Below the pieces are notes generated by a model. The model was not told the DNA's origin and ran no database searches. It saw nothing but the letters and a program-made list of their open reading frames with translations. Shown one piece after another: positions 49,607 through 59,722 of a stretch of 64,000 bases of DNA. Positions within the stretch are counted from its first letter, which is position 1; each line of letters begins with the position of its first letter. The stretch is from Oligoflexia bacterium (lineage in GTDB: Bacteria; Bdellovibrionota; UBA1018), in contig JARLHE010000028.1 in NCBI GenBank assembly GCA_031292385.1, positions 76,693-140,692 of the forward strand. Reading direction: 5' to 3'. A program made the position numbers and the translations under genes.

Positions 49607-50239
49607 ATGCGCATTTCTAATCAAATTGTCTTCGCCAGCACTAACCGCGGAAAATTCGAGGAGATGCAAAGTCTTCTCGGCGCTGATCCGGAAATCGAGC
49701 TTCTTCCTGCGGAAACGATCCTTCGCAACGCGGACAAGCTCCGATTCGCCGAGCGCTACGACACCTATCTTGAAAACGCGACCGCTAAAGCGCGCCTTGC
49801 CAACACGGGCGCCCACTATCCTTGCCTTGCCGACGACTCGGGTCTTGAGGTCGAGGCTCTTGACGGAAAACCAGGAGTTCGCAGCCAGCGCTTCGCGACC
49901 CCGAAGGCCGGTCAATCGCAGGATGAAGCCAATATCGAACTGCTGCTTGCGGAGCTTGGAAGCGGAAAATCCCGCAAAGCCCGTTTCGTCACGACCTTGG
50001 TTATTGTGATGGAAGGGATCATGATCCAGGCCGAAGGCACCCTCGAAGGCTCCATCGCCACTCATCCCCGCGGCGAGCATGGCTTTGGCTATGACTCGGT
50101 TTTCGTTCCCAACGGAGCGACCAAGACTTTAGCCGAGATGACCTCCGCGGAGAAAAACGCGATCTCCCACCGGGCAAAAGCGCTTCGCGAGCTCATGCAG
50201 CAAGCCAAGTCGCGCGGGATCGTCTTCGCTAAGCCCTAG
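49607..50239 (+). CDS. rdgB: Non-canonical purine NTP pyrophosphatase (RdgB/HAM1)
   Basis: FASTNRGKFEE...DDSGL...PGVRS...FGYD. Confidence 0.85.
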   Translation: MRISNQIVFASTNRGKFEEMQSLLGADPEIELLPAETILRNADKLRFAERYDTYLENATAKARLANTGAHYPCLADDSGLEVEALDGKPGVRSQRFATPKAGQSQDEANIELLLAELGSGKSRKARFVTTLVIVMEGIMIQAEGTLEGSIATHPRGEHGFGYDSVFVPNGATKTLAEMTSAEKNAISHRAKALRELMQQAKSRGIVFAKP

Positions 50240-50904
50240 GCATCCTTCCAAAGATATTTGTAGTAAACCCACTTCAGGTATTCCTGAATCGTCACGTGAA
50301 TTCCGTGAAGACTGGAACGCCACTCATTCGGCTCGAAGGGCTCCTGAAAGGCCGTGAGCGTATCCACATCGACTTTGAGCCCCTCGTGTTTGAGCGTTCT
50401 CTCAAAAATCAGCTGAGCGCGCTTCATATGATAACGCGATGTGACAAGTAGAATTCGGCTCCAACCGTATTTCTTGGCATAGGTCGCCAACCAATAGGCA
50501 TTCGCCTCGGTGTTTTGGCTTTCCGTCTCCATAATGACATTCTCAGGACGAATCACATCGCGGACGCCCGTCCGAAGCTGCTTACCGAGCGCTTTCCAGG
50601 TTGAGCCCGGTCCCATCCCCGAAATATAGAGATAAGGCGGTGTTTTAGCGGGCTTTTCGTGTTGATCATGCTCCCAATACCGGTACCAAAGATCACCGGC
50701 GGCAGCGATCCGGCCCCTCCCCCCTGCGAGACAAACCAGAGCGTCAACGTCAGGTAAATGGACCCCATCAACGGTGTCCTGATAGTCATAAATCTCGCCG
50801 GCCAATATCAACGGAAGGATGGAGATCCCTACAACCAGCCCCAAAAGGAGAAAGCCCAGATGATAGAAAATCGGCTTGATGCGATGAAGAAAAATCCGTC
50901 TCAT
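50236..50904 (-). CDS. DUF218 domain protein (YdcF/SanA/ElyC family)
   Basis: An N-terminal TM plus the DUF218 core (ILLVTSRYHMKRA); 222 aa. Confidence 0.65.
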   Translation of the reverse strand: MRRIFLHRIKPIFYHLGFLLLGLVVGISILPLILAGEIYDYQDTVDGVHLPDVDALVCLAGGRGRIAAAGDLWYRYWEHDQHEKPAKTPPYLYISGMGPGSTWKALGKQLRTGVRDVIRPENVIMETESQNTEANAYWLATYAKKYGWSRILLVTSRYHMKRAQLIFERTLKHEGLKVDVDTLTAFQEPFEPNEWRSSLHGIHVTIQEYLKWVYYKYLWKDA

Positions 50905-50968
50905 AACTACTTTTGTGACTTCTTTGAGGCTTTTTTAGCTTTGGGTCTTGCAAAAGCCGGATCTATTG

Positions 50969-50997
50969 AATAAGTTACCGAAACTCATTAAAACACT
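50969..50997 (+). promoter_or_regulatory. Candidate sigma70-type promoter for rpmB (TTGAAT-N17-TAAAAC)
   Basis: It sits in an AT-rich segment. A 7-bp hairpin aaacact-N7-agtgttt lies in the 5' UTR. Confidence 0.25.
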
Positions 50998-51048
50998 CAG
51001 TATCAGTGTTTCAACCGGTATTTTACTAGTATTTGAAGGATTTTAGCC

Positions 51049-51276
51049 ATGGCTCGTTTTTGTGAATATTGCGAAAAAGGTCCCCTGACGGGCAACAAGG
51101 TATCTCACTCGAATATCAAGACGAGAACTCGTTGGCTTCCTAACTTGAAGCGCATGAAGGCCGTTCTCAACGGAACGACCACCACCGTGCGTGTTTGCAC
51201 TCGCTGCATCCGCTCCGGCGTGATTGTCCGCCCGGTCAAGCGCACCTGGAAGCCAGAAACCACCAGCGCAAGCTGA
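51049..51276 (+). CDS. rpmB: 50S ribosomal protein L28
   Basis: [33 protein letters not shown]. Confidence 0.9.
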   Translation: MARFCEYCEKGPLTGNKVSHSNIKTRTRWLPNLKRMKAVLNGTTTTVRVCTRCIRSGVIVRPVKRTWKPETTSAS

Positions 51277-51365
51277 GCCTAGTTTCGTCGCAGCCCATTC
51301 GCACCTGGCTATCTCAACATCCCCGCTGCGCGCCTAGCTCGTCCAACGATGAGTCCCCGGGTGAA

Positions 51366-52658
51366 ATGCGCTTCTCTTTAGATAAAGAAGTAAGAAATTA
51401 CTTCATTCGATATGCGAAGCACCAGGTATGGGTCCAGCTGCTCCTGCCTGGACTGCTTTGGCTGATCTCGGACATCAGTACCCGAGTGCCTGTCCTCTTT
51501 TGGACGCTCGCGGCGTTTCATTTTTTAGTCATCACCGCCAATAGCGTCCTCTTAAACAGCTTCCTGCGATTTGAAAACAAACAAGAGCGGCTGTGGGACT
51601 TGCTGTTTTATGGCCTGCGAACCCTCACCTACTTGGTCTGCTCCGCTTTCGCGGTCTTGACCTTTTACCTCTACGAGCCTTTCGGCCCTCAGGCGATGCT
51701 CGTCGTTAGTTTTTTAAGCGCCAATACCGAATTCATGATTACGACATTCAATCCGAACGTCGCTTTCGCCAGTTTTTCCCTGATCATCGAAGGATTCCTT
51801 CCGGTGCTGACCATCTTGGCCTTGATGATTTGCCGCGGACAGAATTACTGGATCATGGTGGCGGCCACCGTCTATTTATGCACCGGCTTCTTCAAAATCA
51901 TCGACCTGCACCGCCGCTTCGTCGAAACCACCATTACCCGCCTCAACAACGCCCAGGCCGCGCGACTGGTGGCCCTCGGCGAGATGGCTGGCGGGATTGC
52001 CCACGAAATCAAAAACCCGCTCACCGCCATCACGAACTCCGTGCACATCTTGGAACGCGAATTCAAAAAGAGCCCGATCGATCCGGACGCCCTCGAAAAA
52101 AAGCTCAGAATCATCCGGGACACGTCGCTCAAGATCTCTAATATCGTCACGAGCATGCAAAACCTCGCTCGAGACTCTTACGCCGAAAAGAGAAGCTGGA
52201 ATCAGCTCCGAGCCTCGATCGAGGACGCGATCAACATCTCGACCGAAAAACTGAAACTCGCCGGAATCAACCTCCAAATCGATCCGATACCCGCCGACTT
52301 GTGGTTTTACTCGGTTCCGTCGCAGTTCGGGCAAGTCATCCTCAACCTTCTCAGCAATGCTTACGACGCCCTGCTCGATCAGCAAAAAAAGGAAATCCAT
52401 CTCGGCATTCTCTTCGACCCCGACTCCGGCCTGACAATCACCATCGCCGACAGCGGCCCGGGCGTCGCAACCCCGCAAAAGCTATTCAATCCTTTTTTCA
52501 CCACCAAGGAGCCCGGCAAAGGTACCGGCCTTGGACTCAGCCTTTCGAAAAAGATCGTGGAAAGCCATGAGGGAGAGATCTCCTACAAACGTCTGAACGG
52601 CGCGACCCAGTTCATCTTGCGGTTTCCGTCACGCCTTGTAGAGCGCAGACCTGGTTGA
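51366..52658 (+). CDS. Sensor histidine kinase with multi-TM N-terminal sensor domain (orphan)
   Basis: Six to seven TM helices, then the HisKA H-box GIAHEIKNPLTAI and the HATPase_c (DSGPGV...GTGLGLS). The ATG at 51366 is in frame with track ORF 51195. Confidence 0.8.
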   Translation: MRFSLDKEVRNYFIRYAKHQVWVQLLLPGLLWLISDISTRVPVLFWTLAAFHFLVITANSVLLNSFLRFENKQERLWDLLFYGLRTLTYLVCSAFAVLTFYLYEPFGPQAMLVVSFLSANTEFMITTFNPNVAFASFSLIIEGFLPVLTILALMICRGQNYWIMVAATVYLCTGFFKIIDLHRRFVETTITRLNNAQAARLVALGEMAGGIAHEIKNPLTAITNSVHILEREFKKSPIDPDALEKKLRIIRDTSLKISNIVTSMQNLARDSYAEKRSWNQLRASIEDAINISTEKLKLAGINLQIDPIPADLWFYSVPSQFGQVILNLLSNAYDALLDQQKKEIHLGILFDPDSGLTITIADSGPGVATPQKLFNPFFTTKEPGKGTGLGLSLSKKIVESHEGEISYKRLNGATQFILRFPSRLVERRPG

Positions 52659-53565
52659 AATTCGGCTTGGCAAGATGGGTCAGGAAAAAATTCTGAACCA
52701 CCGGCCGCCCTGAACTATCCGTATACTCCACCGTCAGATTCATCGATTGATCGGAGACATTTCCCGAGTACGTCGCCGGAAAGACCTTGGGCTGTCCCTG
52801 CAGGAGAGGGCCCGACGTTACGGTATAAGTCCCGCTAACCTGAAAATATCCCGCCGAATCGAGAGTCAAAGGCTCCGTCGCCTCGCCTTTCGCGCATTCG
52901 AAACTAAACGCGGCGCCGCTGGAAGTGACCTGCATCTGCACATGGACTCCGCCCCAAAGCCCCAGCGCTACCGCACTCGGGCTGGGCTGAGGTGGAAACG
53001 GAATCGGGTAATACTTTTTCATCAAGGCGTTCAGGTCGTTGTGAAGGGTAAAGGCCGCGGTCGGATTCCCCAGAAAACAATTGCTGCTGCTCGCGGTGTA
53101 AGCCTGCTGAAAAATCACGACCGAAGGCGAGCCCGAAGGCCCCGGAGTCAGGGTCACCGTGTCGTTTACGCCCGCAATGCCCGCATCCGAGGTGCACGTC
53201 AGATTTCCGGTCAGGGGAAACTGCTGAAGCGCCGCTACGTCCGATTGAATGAGGCTCCGCTCGCTGGCCTCAAGAACGCCAGTTAAGGTTTGACCGTCGC
53301 TCGCGGGCCCCGCCAGGAAGGTGCCGTTTGGAAAAACGGTGAAGCCATAGATCCCCACGCAATAAGCCGGAGGCAAAACATTGCACGCGGTGACTTCGGA
53401 AATCTGAGTCCAGGTCGGGGCGGTGGGCGACGGAGACGGCGTGGGCACCGCCGCAGGAACCGGCGCGGGAGACGACGTGCTGCTGCCTCCGCAGGACAGC
53501 ATGAGGAGGCAGAAAGCGGACGGAAAAATGACCCGAAACAAAACCCTTCGCATCCGAACACCCAT
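52612..53565 (-). CDS. Lipoprotein, Pro/Ser/Thr-rich (hypothetical)
   Basis: MRRVLFRVIFPSAFCLLMLSCGG is a lipobox. It overlaps the 3' end of the convergent HK gene by about 47 nt. Confidence 0.5.
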   Translation of the reverse strand: MGVRMRRVLFRVIFPSAFCLLMLSCGGSSTSSPAPVPAAVPTPSPSPTAPTWTQISEVTACNVLPPAYCVGIYGFTVFPNGTFLAGPASDGQTLTGVLEASERSLIQSDVAALQQFPLTGNLTCTSDAGIAGVNDTVTLTPGPSGSPSVVIFQQAYTASSSNCFLGNPTAAFTLHNDLNALMKKYYPIPFPPQPSPSAVALGLWGGVHVQMQVTSSGAAFSFECAKGEATEPLTLDSAGYFQVSGTYTVTSGPLLQGQPKVFPATYSGNVSDQSMNLTVEYTDSSGRPVVQNFFLTHLAKPNFNQVCALQGVTETAR

Positions 53566-53595
53566 GGCCTAGCGGCAGTGCAACCGCTAAGCCAC

Positions 53596-53637
53596 GAGCG
53601 TGGGCGCTCGGTTTATAATGAGCGTGGGCGCTCGGTT
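53596..53637. repeat. Tandem 19-nt direct repeat, each unit carrying the palindrome GAGCG-N4-CGCTC, with TATAAT between the copies
   Basis: gagcgtgggcgctcggttt appears at about 53596-53614 and about 53619-53637. The second copy is followed by ttgtttct. Confidence 0.4.
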
Positions 53638-53644
53638 TTGTTTC

Positions 53645-54052
53645 TCAGGAAAGCTGCGCGATCGCTTCCACTTCGACCAGAACGTCCTTGGGCAAACGAG
53701 CCACTTCGATCGTCGAACGAGCCGGGGCGATTCCGCCCGCTTGCTCGACGAAGCGGCCATAGATGGCGTTGACCTTCGGAAAATCGTTCATCGACTTCAG
53801 GAAGATGGTCGTCTTCACCACATTCTTAAGCGAGCAGCTGGCGGCTTCGAGCACCGCGACGAGGTTTTTCATGACCTGCTCGGTTTGGGCCTCGACATCG
53901 GCCGCGCCGACTACTTGGCCCGAAACCGGATCGAGGGCGATTTGCCCGGAGCAGAAAACCAGGTTTCCGGCGCGAATCGCCTGGCTGTAAGGGCCGATCG
54001 GCTGGGGTGCGTTCTTCGTCAAAACCGCCTGAGGTAACAATGGCATCGTCAT
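53645..54052 (-). CDS. ridA: RidA family (YjgF/TdcF) reactive intermediate deaminase
   Basis: APQPIGPYSQAI...VEVEAIA. Confidence 0.85.
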   Translation of the reverse strand: MTMPLLPQAVLTKNAPQPIGPYSQAIRAGNLVFCSGQIALDPVSGQVVGAADVEAQTEQVMKNLVAVLEAASCSLKNVVKTTIFLKSMNDFPKVNAIYGRFVEQAGGIAPARSTIEVARLPKDVLVEVEAIAQLS

Positions 54053-54058
54053 TTCTCC

Positions 54059-56350
54059 TTACTTTGCTGCGTGCAGGCCTTGTTTGCGCCGAAGCTGGAC
54101 TTCCATCGCGGCGATCGCGGCGACGTTAACGACGTCGTTCACGTCCGCGCCGAGCTGAAGAACATGCACCGGCTTGTTCATCCCGACCAGGATCGGACCG
54201 ATCGTCTCGGCCCCGCCGAGCTTCGCCATGAGCTTGTAGGCGATATTGCCCGACTGAAGGTCCGGGAAAATCAGGATATTGGCGTCGCCCGGCACTTGAT
54301 TGAACGGAAAGCTCTCGGCGGAAATCTGAGCCGATACCGCGGTATCGGCCTGCATTTCGCCATCGACCTTGAGCGTCGGCATCTTCTGCCGGATGATCTC
54401 CACCGCGCGCCGCGATTTTTGGGCCAGAGGATGGTTGTTCGATCCGAAGTTCGAAAACGAAAGCACGGCCAGGCGCGGCTCTTCCACCATGAACTGGCTG
54501 GCAAGCTCGGCCGTTTGGATGCCGATATCGGCCAGCTCTTCGGCGGTGGGCTCGATCGTCACCGTCGTATCCGCGAAAAACAGCAGCCGCTTTTTAAAGA
54601 TCAGCATGTAAATGCCGGCCAAACGGGCACCGTCTTTCACGCCGATCGCCTGAATCGCGGGCCGGATGGTATCGGGATAATTTTGCGAGATACCCGCGAT
54701 CATTCCGTCCGCGTGCCCCATTTCAACCATCATCGAGCCGAAATAAATATTCTGCTTCATGATGTTGCGGGCGAGAAAATAGGTCATGCCCTTGCGCTGC
54801 CGTTTCTCGGTGAAGCGCTGGGCATAGGACTCGCGCAGCTCGCTCGTCGAAGGACGGATGATCTTCACGCCCTTCAGCGCTTCCTGCAGGCCAAGATCCT
54901 TGATCTGCGCGTTGATGATGCTTTCATCACCCAAAAGAACCGGTTCGCAAATCCCTTCCTCGCGCATGATGTTCGCCGCGCGCAAAATCTTCCGGATCTC
55001 GCCTTCGGGCAGGACAATCGTCGCGCGGCTGCTGGGAGGCGCGGTCAGAACCCGGCGTTTAATTCCGCGCATAACTGTGTAACTCGACCCCAAGAGCGAC
55101 TCGAGCGAATCGCGATACTGGCCGATGTCCAAAGTCTTTCGAGCCACGCCGCTTTTGATCGCGGCCTCCGCCACGGCGGGCGCGACCCAGAGCAAGACCC
55201 TGCGGTCGAACGGCTTCGGAATCAAATACTCGCGTCCGAACCGAAAACGCGTCCCTCCATAAGCGCGCGAAACGCTCTCGGGAACTTCTTCTTTGGCGAG
55301 CTGGGCCAGCGCCTTGACGGCCGCCATTTTCATTTCCTCGTTGATCGCCATCGAGCGCGTGTCGAGCGCGCCGCGGAAGATGAACGGAAAACCAAGAACG
55401 TTGTTCACCTGATTCGGATAATCCGAACGTCCGGTCGCCATGATCGCATCGGGGCGGACCTTGAGGACCTCTTCAGGCAGGACTTCCGGATCGGGATTGG
55501 CCATCGCGAAGATGATCGGGTCTTTGGTCATCTTTTTGACCATCTCTGCCGTGATGCCGTCCTTAACCGAAACGCCGACGAATGCATCGGCGCCGTCCAG
55601 GGCTTGCGCGATGGTGCGCTTATCGGTTTCAACCGCGAAGCGCTCCTTATAAGGATTCATGCCCTCTTTGCGGCCTTTGTAGATCACGCCTTTGGAATCG
55701 CACATGATGATGTTTTCGCGGCGGACGCCGAGATTCAGGTAGAGGTTCGCGCACGCGATCGCGGCGGCGCCGCCCCCGCAAAACACGACCCGCACCTGAT
55801 CGATTTTCTTGCCGCAGATCTCGAGCGCGTTCAAGAACGCCGCGCCGCTGATCACCGCCGTGCCATGCTGGTCATCGTGGAAAACCGGGATCTTGAGCTT
55901 CTTTTTCAACTCTTCTTCGATGTAAAAGCACTCGGGAGCCTTGATGTCCTCGAGGTTGATCCCGCCAAAGGTGGGCTCGAGCATCTCGCAAGCGCGAATC
56001 ACGTCGTCGGGATTCTTGGCGTTCAACTCGATGTCGAAAACATCGATGTCAGCGAACTTCTTGAAGAGAATGCCCTTGCCTTCCATCACGGGCTTCGAAG
56101 CCGACGGGCCGATATCGCCCAAGCCCAGCACTGCGGTGCCATTCGACACGACCGCGACGAGATTGCCCTTCGCGGTGTACTCATAGATCATTTCTTCTTT
56201 TTCGTGGATCATCCGGCAGGGCTCGGCGACACCGGGCGAATAAGCCAATGAAAGGTCTTTCTGCGTGGAAACGGACTTCGTGGGAACGACTTCGATTTTC
56301 CCTTTACGGCCCAGGGAGTGGTACTCAAGCGACTCTTCGTAAATTGACAT
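54059..56350 (-). CDS. maeB: NADP-dependent malic enzyme (malic enzyme plus phosphate-acetyltransferase-like domain)
   Basis: 763 aa with N-terminal malic-enzyme NAD-binding motifs and a C-terminal PTA-like domain. Confidence 0.9.
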   Translation of the reverse strand: MSIYEESLEYHSLGRKGKIEVVPTKSVSTQKDLSLAYSPGVAEPCRMIHEKEEMIYEYTAKGNLVAVVSNGTAVLGLGDIGPSASKPVMEGKGILFKKFADIDVFDIELNAKNPDDVIRACEMLEPTFGGINLEDIKAPECFYIEEELKKKLKIPVFHDDQHGTAVISGAAFLNALEICGKKIDQVRVVFCGGGAAAIACANLYLNLGVRRENIIMCDSKGVIYKGRKEGMNPYKERFAVETDKRTIAQALDGADAFVGVSVKDGITAEMVKKMTKDPIIFAMANPDPEVLPEEVLKVRPDAIMATGRSDYPNQVNNVLGFPFIFRGALDTRSMAINEEMKMAAVKALAQLAKEEVPESVSRAYGGTRFRFGREYLIPKPFDRRVLLWVAPAVAEAAIKSGVARKTLDIGQYRDSLESLLGSSYTVMRGIKRRVLTAPPSSRATIVLPEGEIRKILRAANIMREEGICEPVLLGDESIINAQIKDLGLQEALKGVKIIRPSTSELRESYAQRFTEKRQRKGMTYFLARNIMKQNIYFGSMMVEMGHADGMIAGISQNYPDTIRPAIQAIGVKDGARLAGIYMLIFKKRLLFFADTTVTIEPTAEELADIGIQTAELASQFMVEEPRLAVLSFSNFGSNNHPLAQKSRRAVEIIRQKMPTLKVDGEMQADTAVSAQISAESFPFNQVPGDANILIFPDLQSGNIAYKLMAKLGGAETIGPILVGMNKPVHVLQLGADVNDVVNVAAIAAMEVQLRRKQGLHAAK

Positions 56351-56425
56351 CTGCCTAACCTATCTCCAAGGTAGGCAGCTGCGCAAGCCTTGCGGGTCAT
56401 CTTCTTTGGTGGCAACCTAGGAGCC

Positions 56426-57625
56426 ATGCTGCTCGCTTGGTTCGTATCGCTCTTTTTGCCGGGAAGTGGAGCATTCGCGGACATCCTCTCGACGTACGGC
56501 TCGCCCAATTGGATTCCGACTTGGGACTCCCACCACGAAGCAGCGCATCAGGCTTCGCTCGGCGCCGACCTCAAATACTACAACACTTCTTCCAACTACG
56601 ATTCGAGTGGCCACCCATTCACTCCCCCGAATTTGGACCATGCCGATCGAATCGACGCGCAATTCACCGGCGCCCTCGGACTCACCGATCGCCTCAGCCT
56701 TTTCGCGGTTTTGGACCTGCGGCGCGCCGGCGTAGCGACGCCGTCGACCAGCGCTCAAAACGGCGGAACATCCTATGGCTTGGGTGATCAATCCATCGGC
56801 GCTAATTTTCGTGTCTACGAAAAGGAACTCGTATCGATCGATTTTCAATTTCAACTCGACTTCCCCGCCTATGTGAATTCCGATCCCAACGCCGATCCGG
56901 AGCTCGGGGACGCAACCGAAAACCTTTCAGCGGGAATCTTCGGCACCATCCCTGTCTTTCAGGACGGGGAGCGCGAAATTTCCGCCCGGGCGGGAATCGG
57001 CTACACCTACCGGACTGCCGGCTTTTCGGCCGATATCCCCTGGCTGCTGCAAATCAGAAGCGAACCCAAAGCCCGGGGCCTCCTCGCATCCGTGGGCCTG
57101 ACAGGAATCCAATCGCTCAACACCGATTCCAACTCAAACTCGCCACAGACCGTTGCGGGCCTGGGAACGCAAGGCAGCTTCATCACCAATGCGGTCAATC
57201 CCACCCTCATCACGGCCGGCGCTCAAATCGGCTACCGAACAGCAAAAGACATCGATTTCACGATAGGGGGCAGCCAATCGATCTACGGGGAGAACGCCCC
57301 CAAAGGCTACACTCTGGGAGCGGGGGCCGCCTTTCACTTCGGTAAAGAAGCTGCTTCCCCGCCGGAAAGCCCAACCCCGCCCCCGCAAACCAGCCTCAAC
57401 GCGACCGTGTCGGCATTTAATGACTCTTTTCATCTAGCCAAGATCGACCGGGGATCTGATGATGGAGTTAAGGTGGGCGATATTTTTGATATCATCGGAA
57501 AAGACGGGCCTATCGCCCGGTGTCAAATCACGGACCTCAAATCTCATGAGGCCGTTTTGAAAATCCAAAAGTACTATAAAGAGGCGTATATTGAAAAAGG
57601 CGACACAGCCCGGCGGGAGAACTGA
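56426..57625 (+). CDS. Outer-membrane beta-barrel-like protein with a distinct C-terminal domain of about 75 aa
   Basis: ctaggag RBS. The signal peptide is MLLAWFVSLFLPGSGAFA. The body has alternating beta-strand character. The track start at 56390 is TTG. Confidence 0.5.
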   Translation: MLLAWFVSLFLPGSGAFADILSTYGSPNWIPTWDSHHEAAHQASLGADLKYYNTSSNYDSSGHPFTPPNLDHADRIDAQFTGALGLTDRLSLFAVLDLRRAGVATPSTSAQNGGTSYGLGDQSIGANFRVYEKELVSIDFQFQLDFPAYVNSDPNADPELGDATENLSAGIFGTIPVFQDGEREISARAGIGYTYRTAGFSADIPWLLQIRSEPKARGLLASVGLTGIQSLNTDSNSNSPQTVAGLGTQGSFITNAVNPTLITAGAQIGYRTAKDIDFTIGGSQSIYGENAPKGYTLGAGAAFHFGKEAASPPESPTPPPQTSLNATVSAFNDSFHLAKIDRGSDDGVKVGDIFDIIGKDGPIARCQITDLKSHEAVLKIQKYYKEAYIEKGDTARREN

Positions 57626-57637
57626 AGAGTGAATAGA

Positions 57638-58381
57638 ATGATGAACTCAAAACTGAAACGAAATTTCTTACTGATTCTCACCTTGGCGCTGACGACTCTT
57701 CCCTTATCCGCGACTTCGGCACATGCCGCGAAGTTCGCCAATCAGTTCGTCGAATTCGAACTGCCGCCCCAATGGCAATGCAATCTCGAAGGAGCGGAAT
57801 GGGTTTGCCAAAGCCTCGATGAGCATAAAAAACGAGATGCCATCGTAGTGCTAGCCGCGAAGCTCAAAGGGGACCAGGACAGCCTCGACAAGTACCTCGC
57901 CTATCTGAAAGGCCCGAAGCTCTACACGAGCGTCGCCGGAAAGCCGGTCAAATCCGACCCTAAGTACGCCAAAGAAAGCACCGTCAACGGCCAAGTCTGG
58001 ATCGACGCGCTTCATCTGGAATCGGAAATCCCGGGCTTCTACACGCGCTACCTGGCGACTGTGAAAGAAGACATCGCGGTCCTCGTCACCTACTCCATCA
58101 ACAAAGACAAATACCAAGCCTATCTGCCGCAATTCGAAGCCATGGTCGCGACGCTTAAGGTCTTCCGCAAAGCCGGCGCCTTGAACAGCAGCGACGGCAA
58201 GTCGCTGGGCGGAATCCCGGCGATCGATCAAGGCAGCATCTTCCCCGCCACGCAAATCGCCGGCGGCAGCGACAAGCCCAAACCGAAGCAATCCGGCGGG
58301 CTTCCGATCGAATACATCGGAGCAGGCGTGATTCTGGCCGCCTATATTGTCTGGCGGCGGAAAAAGGCCTCCGGCCGATGA
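57638..58381 (+). CDS. Secreted protein with C-terminal GG-hydrophobic-basic anchor (GlyGly-CTERM-like?)
   Basis: The signal peptide is MMNSKLKRNFLLILTLALTTLPLSATSAHA. The C-terminus reads KQSGGLPIEYIGAGVILAAYIVWRRKKASGR. Confidence 0.55.
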   Translation: MMNSKLKRNFLLILTLALTTLPLSATSAHAAKFANQFVEFELPPQWQCNLEGAEWVCQSLDEHKKRDAIVVLAAKLKGDQDSLDKYLAYLKGPKLYTSVAGKPVKSDPKYAKESTVNGQVWIDALHLESEIPGFYTRYLATVKEDIAVLVTYSINKDKYQAYLPQFEAMVATLKVFRKAGALNSSDGKSLGGIPAIDQGSIFPATQIAGGSDKPKPKQSGGLPIEYIGAGVILAAYIVWRRKKASGR

Positions 58382-58383
58382 AT

Positions 58384-58412
58384 GATCGCTAACCGGCCCC
58401 TTTAACTGCCCA
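58384..58412. terminator. Bidirectional terminator-like hairpins between convergent genes
   Basis: Overlapping 8-bp stems ccccttta/taaagggg and aactgccc/gggcagtt. Confidence 0.35.
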
Positions 58413-58413
58413 C

Positions 58414-59715
58414 CTAAAGGGGGCAGTTGGTAAAACCCATCGAAGCGAGGCGAGCGCGCCCGGGTTTCGGGCCCATGGCCAGAATCGCGCGGTTACCCTC
58501 ATGCCCGAGAATCTTCTCGGCCAAAGCGCGGATCTGCTCGGGCGTTACGGCGTCGATCTCTCGGCAAACCTCTTCCGGCGTGATCTGCCGGCCGTAGACC
58601 AGCTCGTTGCGCGCGATGCTGAACATCCGCGACTCAACGCTATCGGTCGAAAGCAAAATGCTTCCCTTCACGCTGTCTTTGATCGATTTCATCTCGCTCT
58701 TTTTCAGCAGGCGCGTTCGCAGTTCGTTCACGCATTTCTCGATCAGCTGCAGGCATAAACTCACCTTATGGGGCGAGGTCGCCGCGTAGACGCTGAAAAC
58801 CCCCGTGTCCTCGAAAGCCGACAGGCTCGAGTAAACCGTGTACGCGAGCGCGTTCTTTTCCCGGATTTCCTGAAAAAGCGACGAACTCATCCCGTCACCC
58901 AGGTACACATTCAACAGATAGGCCGCATAGCGATCGCTCGCCGTGGCTTTCGGCCCCCGCACACCCCAAACCAGATGCACCTGCTCGAGCTCGCGCGCCG
59001 CCCACCATTTTCCGGGCTGGAATCTCGGGACCTCGTGACGTGATGACGTCCGGGCGCAAGATTTTCTTCCAGGCCATCGCGAACGCATCAGAGGCTTGAG
59101 CTTTTTGACCAAAGCCTCGTGCGACACGTCGCCGGCCACCGAAATGATCAGATCCTCGGGCTGGTATCGGGCGTGAAAATAACCGACGATCTCCCGGCGT
59201 TTCATCCCACGAATACTCTTCACCGTGCCAAGAATCGGCCTCCCCAAGCCGTGATCCGGAAAAATCTTCTCGTAATAAAGATCGTGGGCCAGCTCCTCGG
59301 GCGCTTCGTCCACCATCACGATTTCCTGCAGGATGACCTTGCGCTCGCGATCAAGCTCCTTCGAATCGAACGTCGAATTCAAAAGCACGTCTGAAAGAAT
59401 GTCCGCGCCGAGCGCCACGTCGCGATCGAGCATGAAAAGATGAAAGCACGTGTGCTCGCGCGCCGTGAACGCGTTGAAATCGCCGCCAACGCGGTCGATT
59501 TCGCGTGCGATCTCCAGCGCCGTGCGCCGATGCGTGCCTTTGAAAAGCATATGCTCGAGAAAGTGTGAAACGCCCGCCTCTTTCGTGGATTCGTGGCGAG
59601 TGCCGGTCTTCACCCACGCGCCCATCGAAATGCTGCGAAAGCCCGGCATCCGCTCAGTTACCAGCGTCAAGCCATTCGGAAAGACCGTCTTATGAAATTT
59701 TAAATGTCGCGGCAT
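58414..59715 (-). CDS. M16 family zinc peptidase (pitrilysin/insulinase-like)
   Basis: HFLEHMLFKGT is the inverted zincin HxxEH motif; 433 aa. Confidence 0.85.
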   Translation of the reverse strand: MPRHLKFHKTVFPNGLTLVTERMPGFRSISMGAWVKTGTRHESTKEAGVSHFLEHMLFKGTHRRTALEIAREIDRVGGDFNAFTAREHTCFHLFMLDRDVALGADILSDVLLNSTFDSKELDRERKVILQEIVMVDEAPEELAHDLYYEKIFPDHGLGRPILGTVKSIRGMKRREIVGYFHARYQPEDLIISVAGDVSHEALVKKLKPLMRSRWPGRKSCARTSSRHEVPRFQPGKWWAARELEQVHLVWGVRGPKATASDRYAAYLLNVYLGDGMSSSLFQEIREKNALAYTVYSSLSAFEDTGVFSVYAATSPHKVSLCLQLIEKCVNELRTRLLKKSEMKSIKDSVKGSILLSTDSVESRMFSIARNELVYGRQITPEEVCREIDAVTPEQIRALAEKILGHEGNRAILAMGPKPGRARLASMGFTNCPL

Positions 59716-59722
59716 CCTTTGC

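Noticed and set aside
51195-51365. The upstream extension of the histidine-kinase ORF overlapping rpmB.
   Set aside because: It overlaps the L28 gene in another frame. The kinase most plausibly starts at ATG 51366 (MRFSLDK...).
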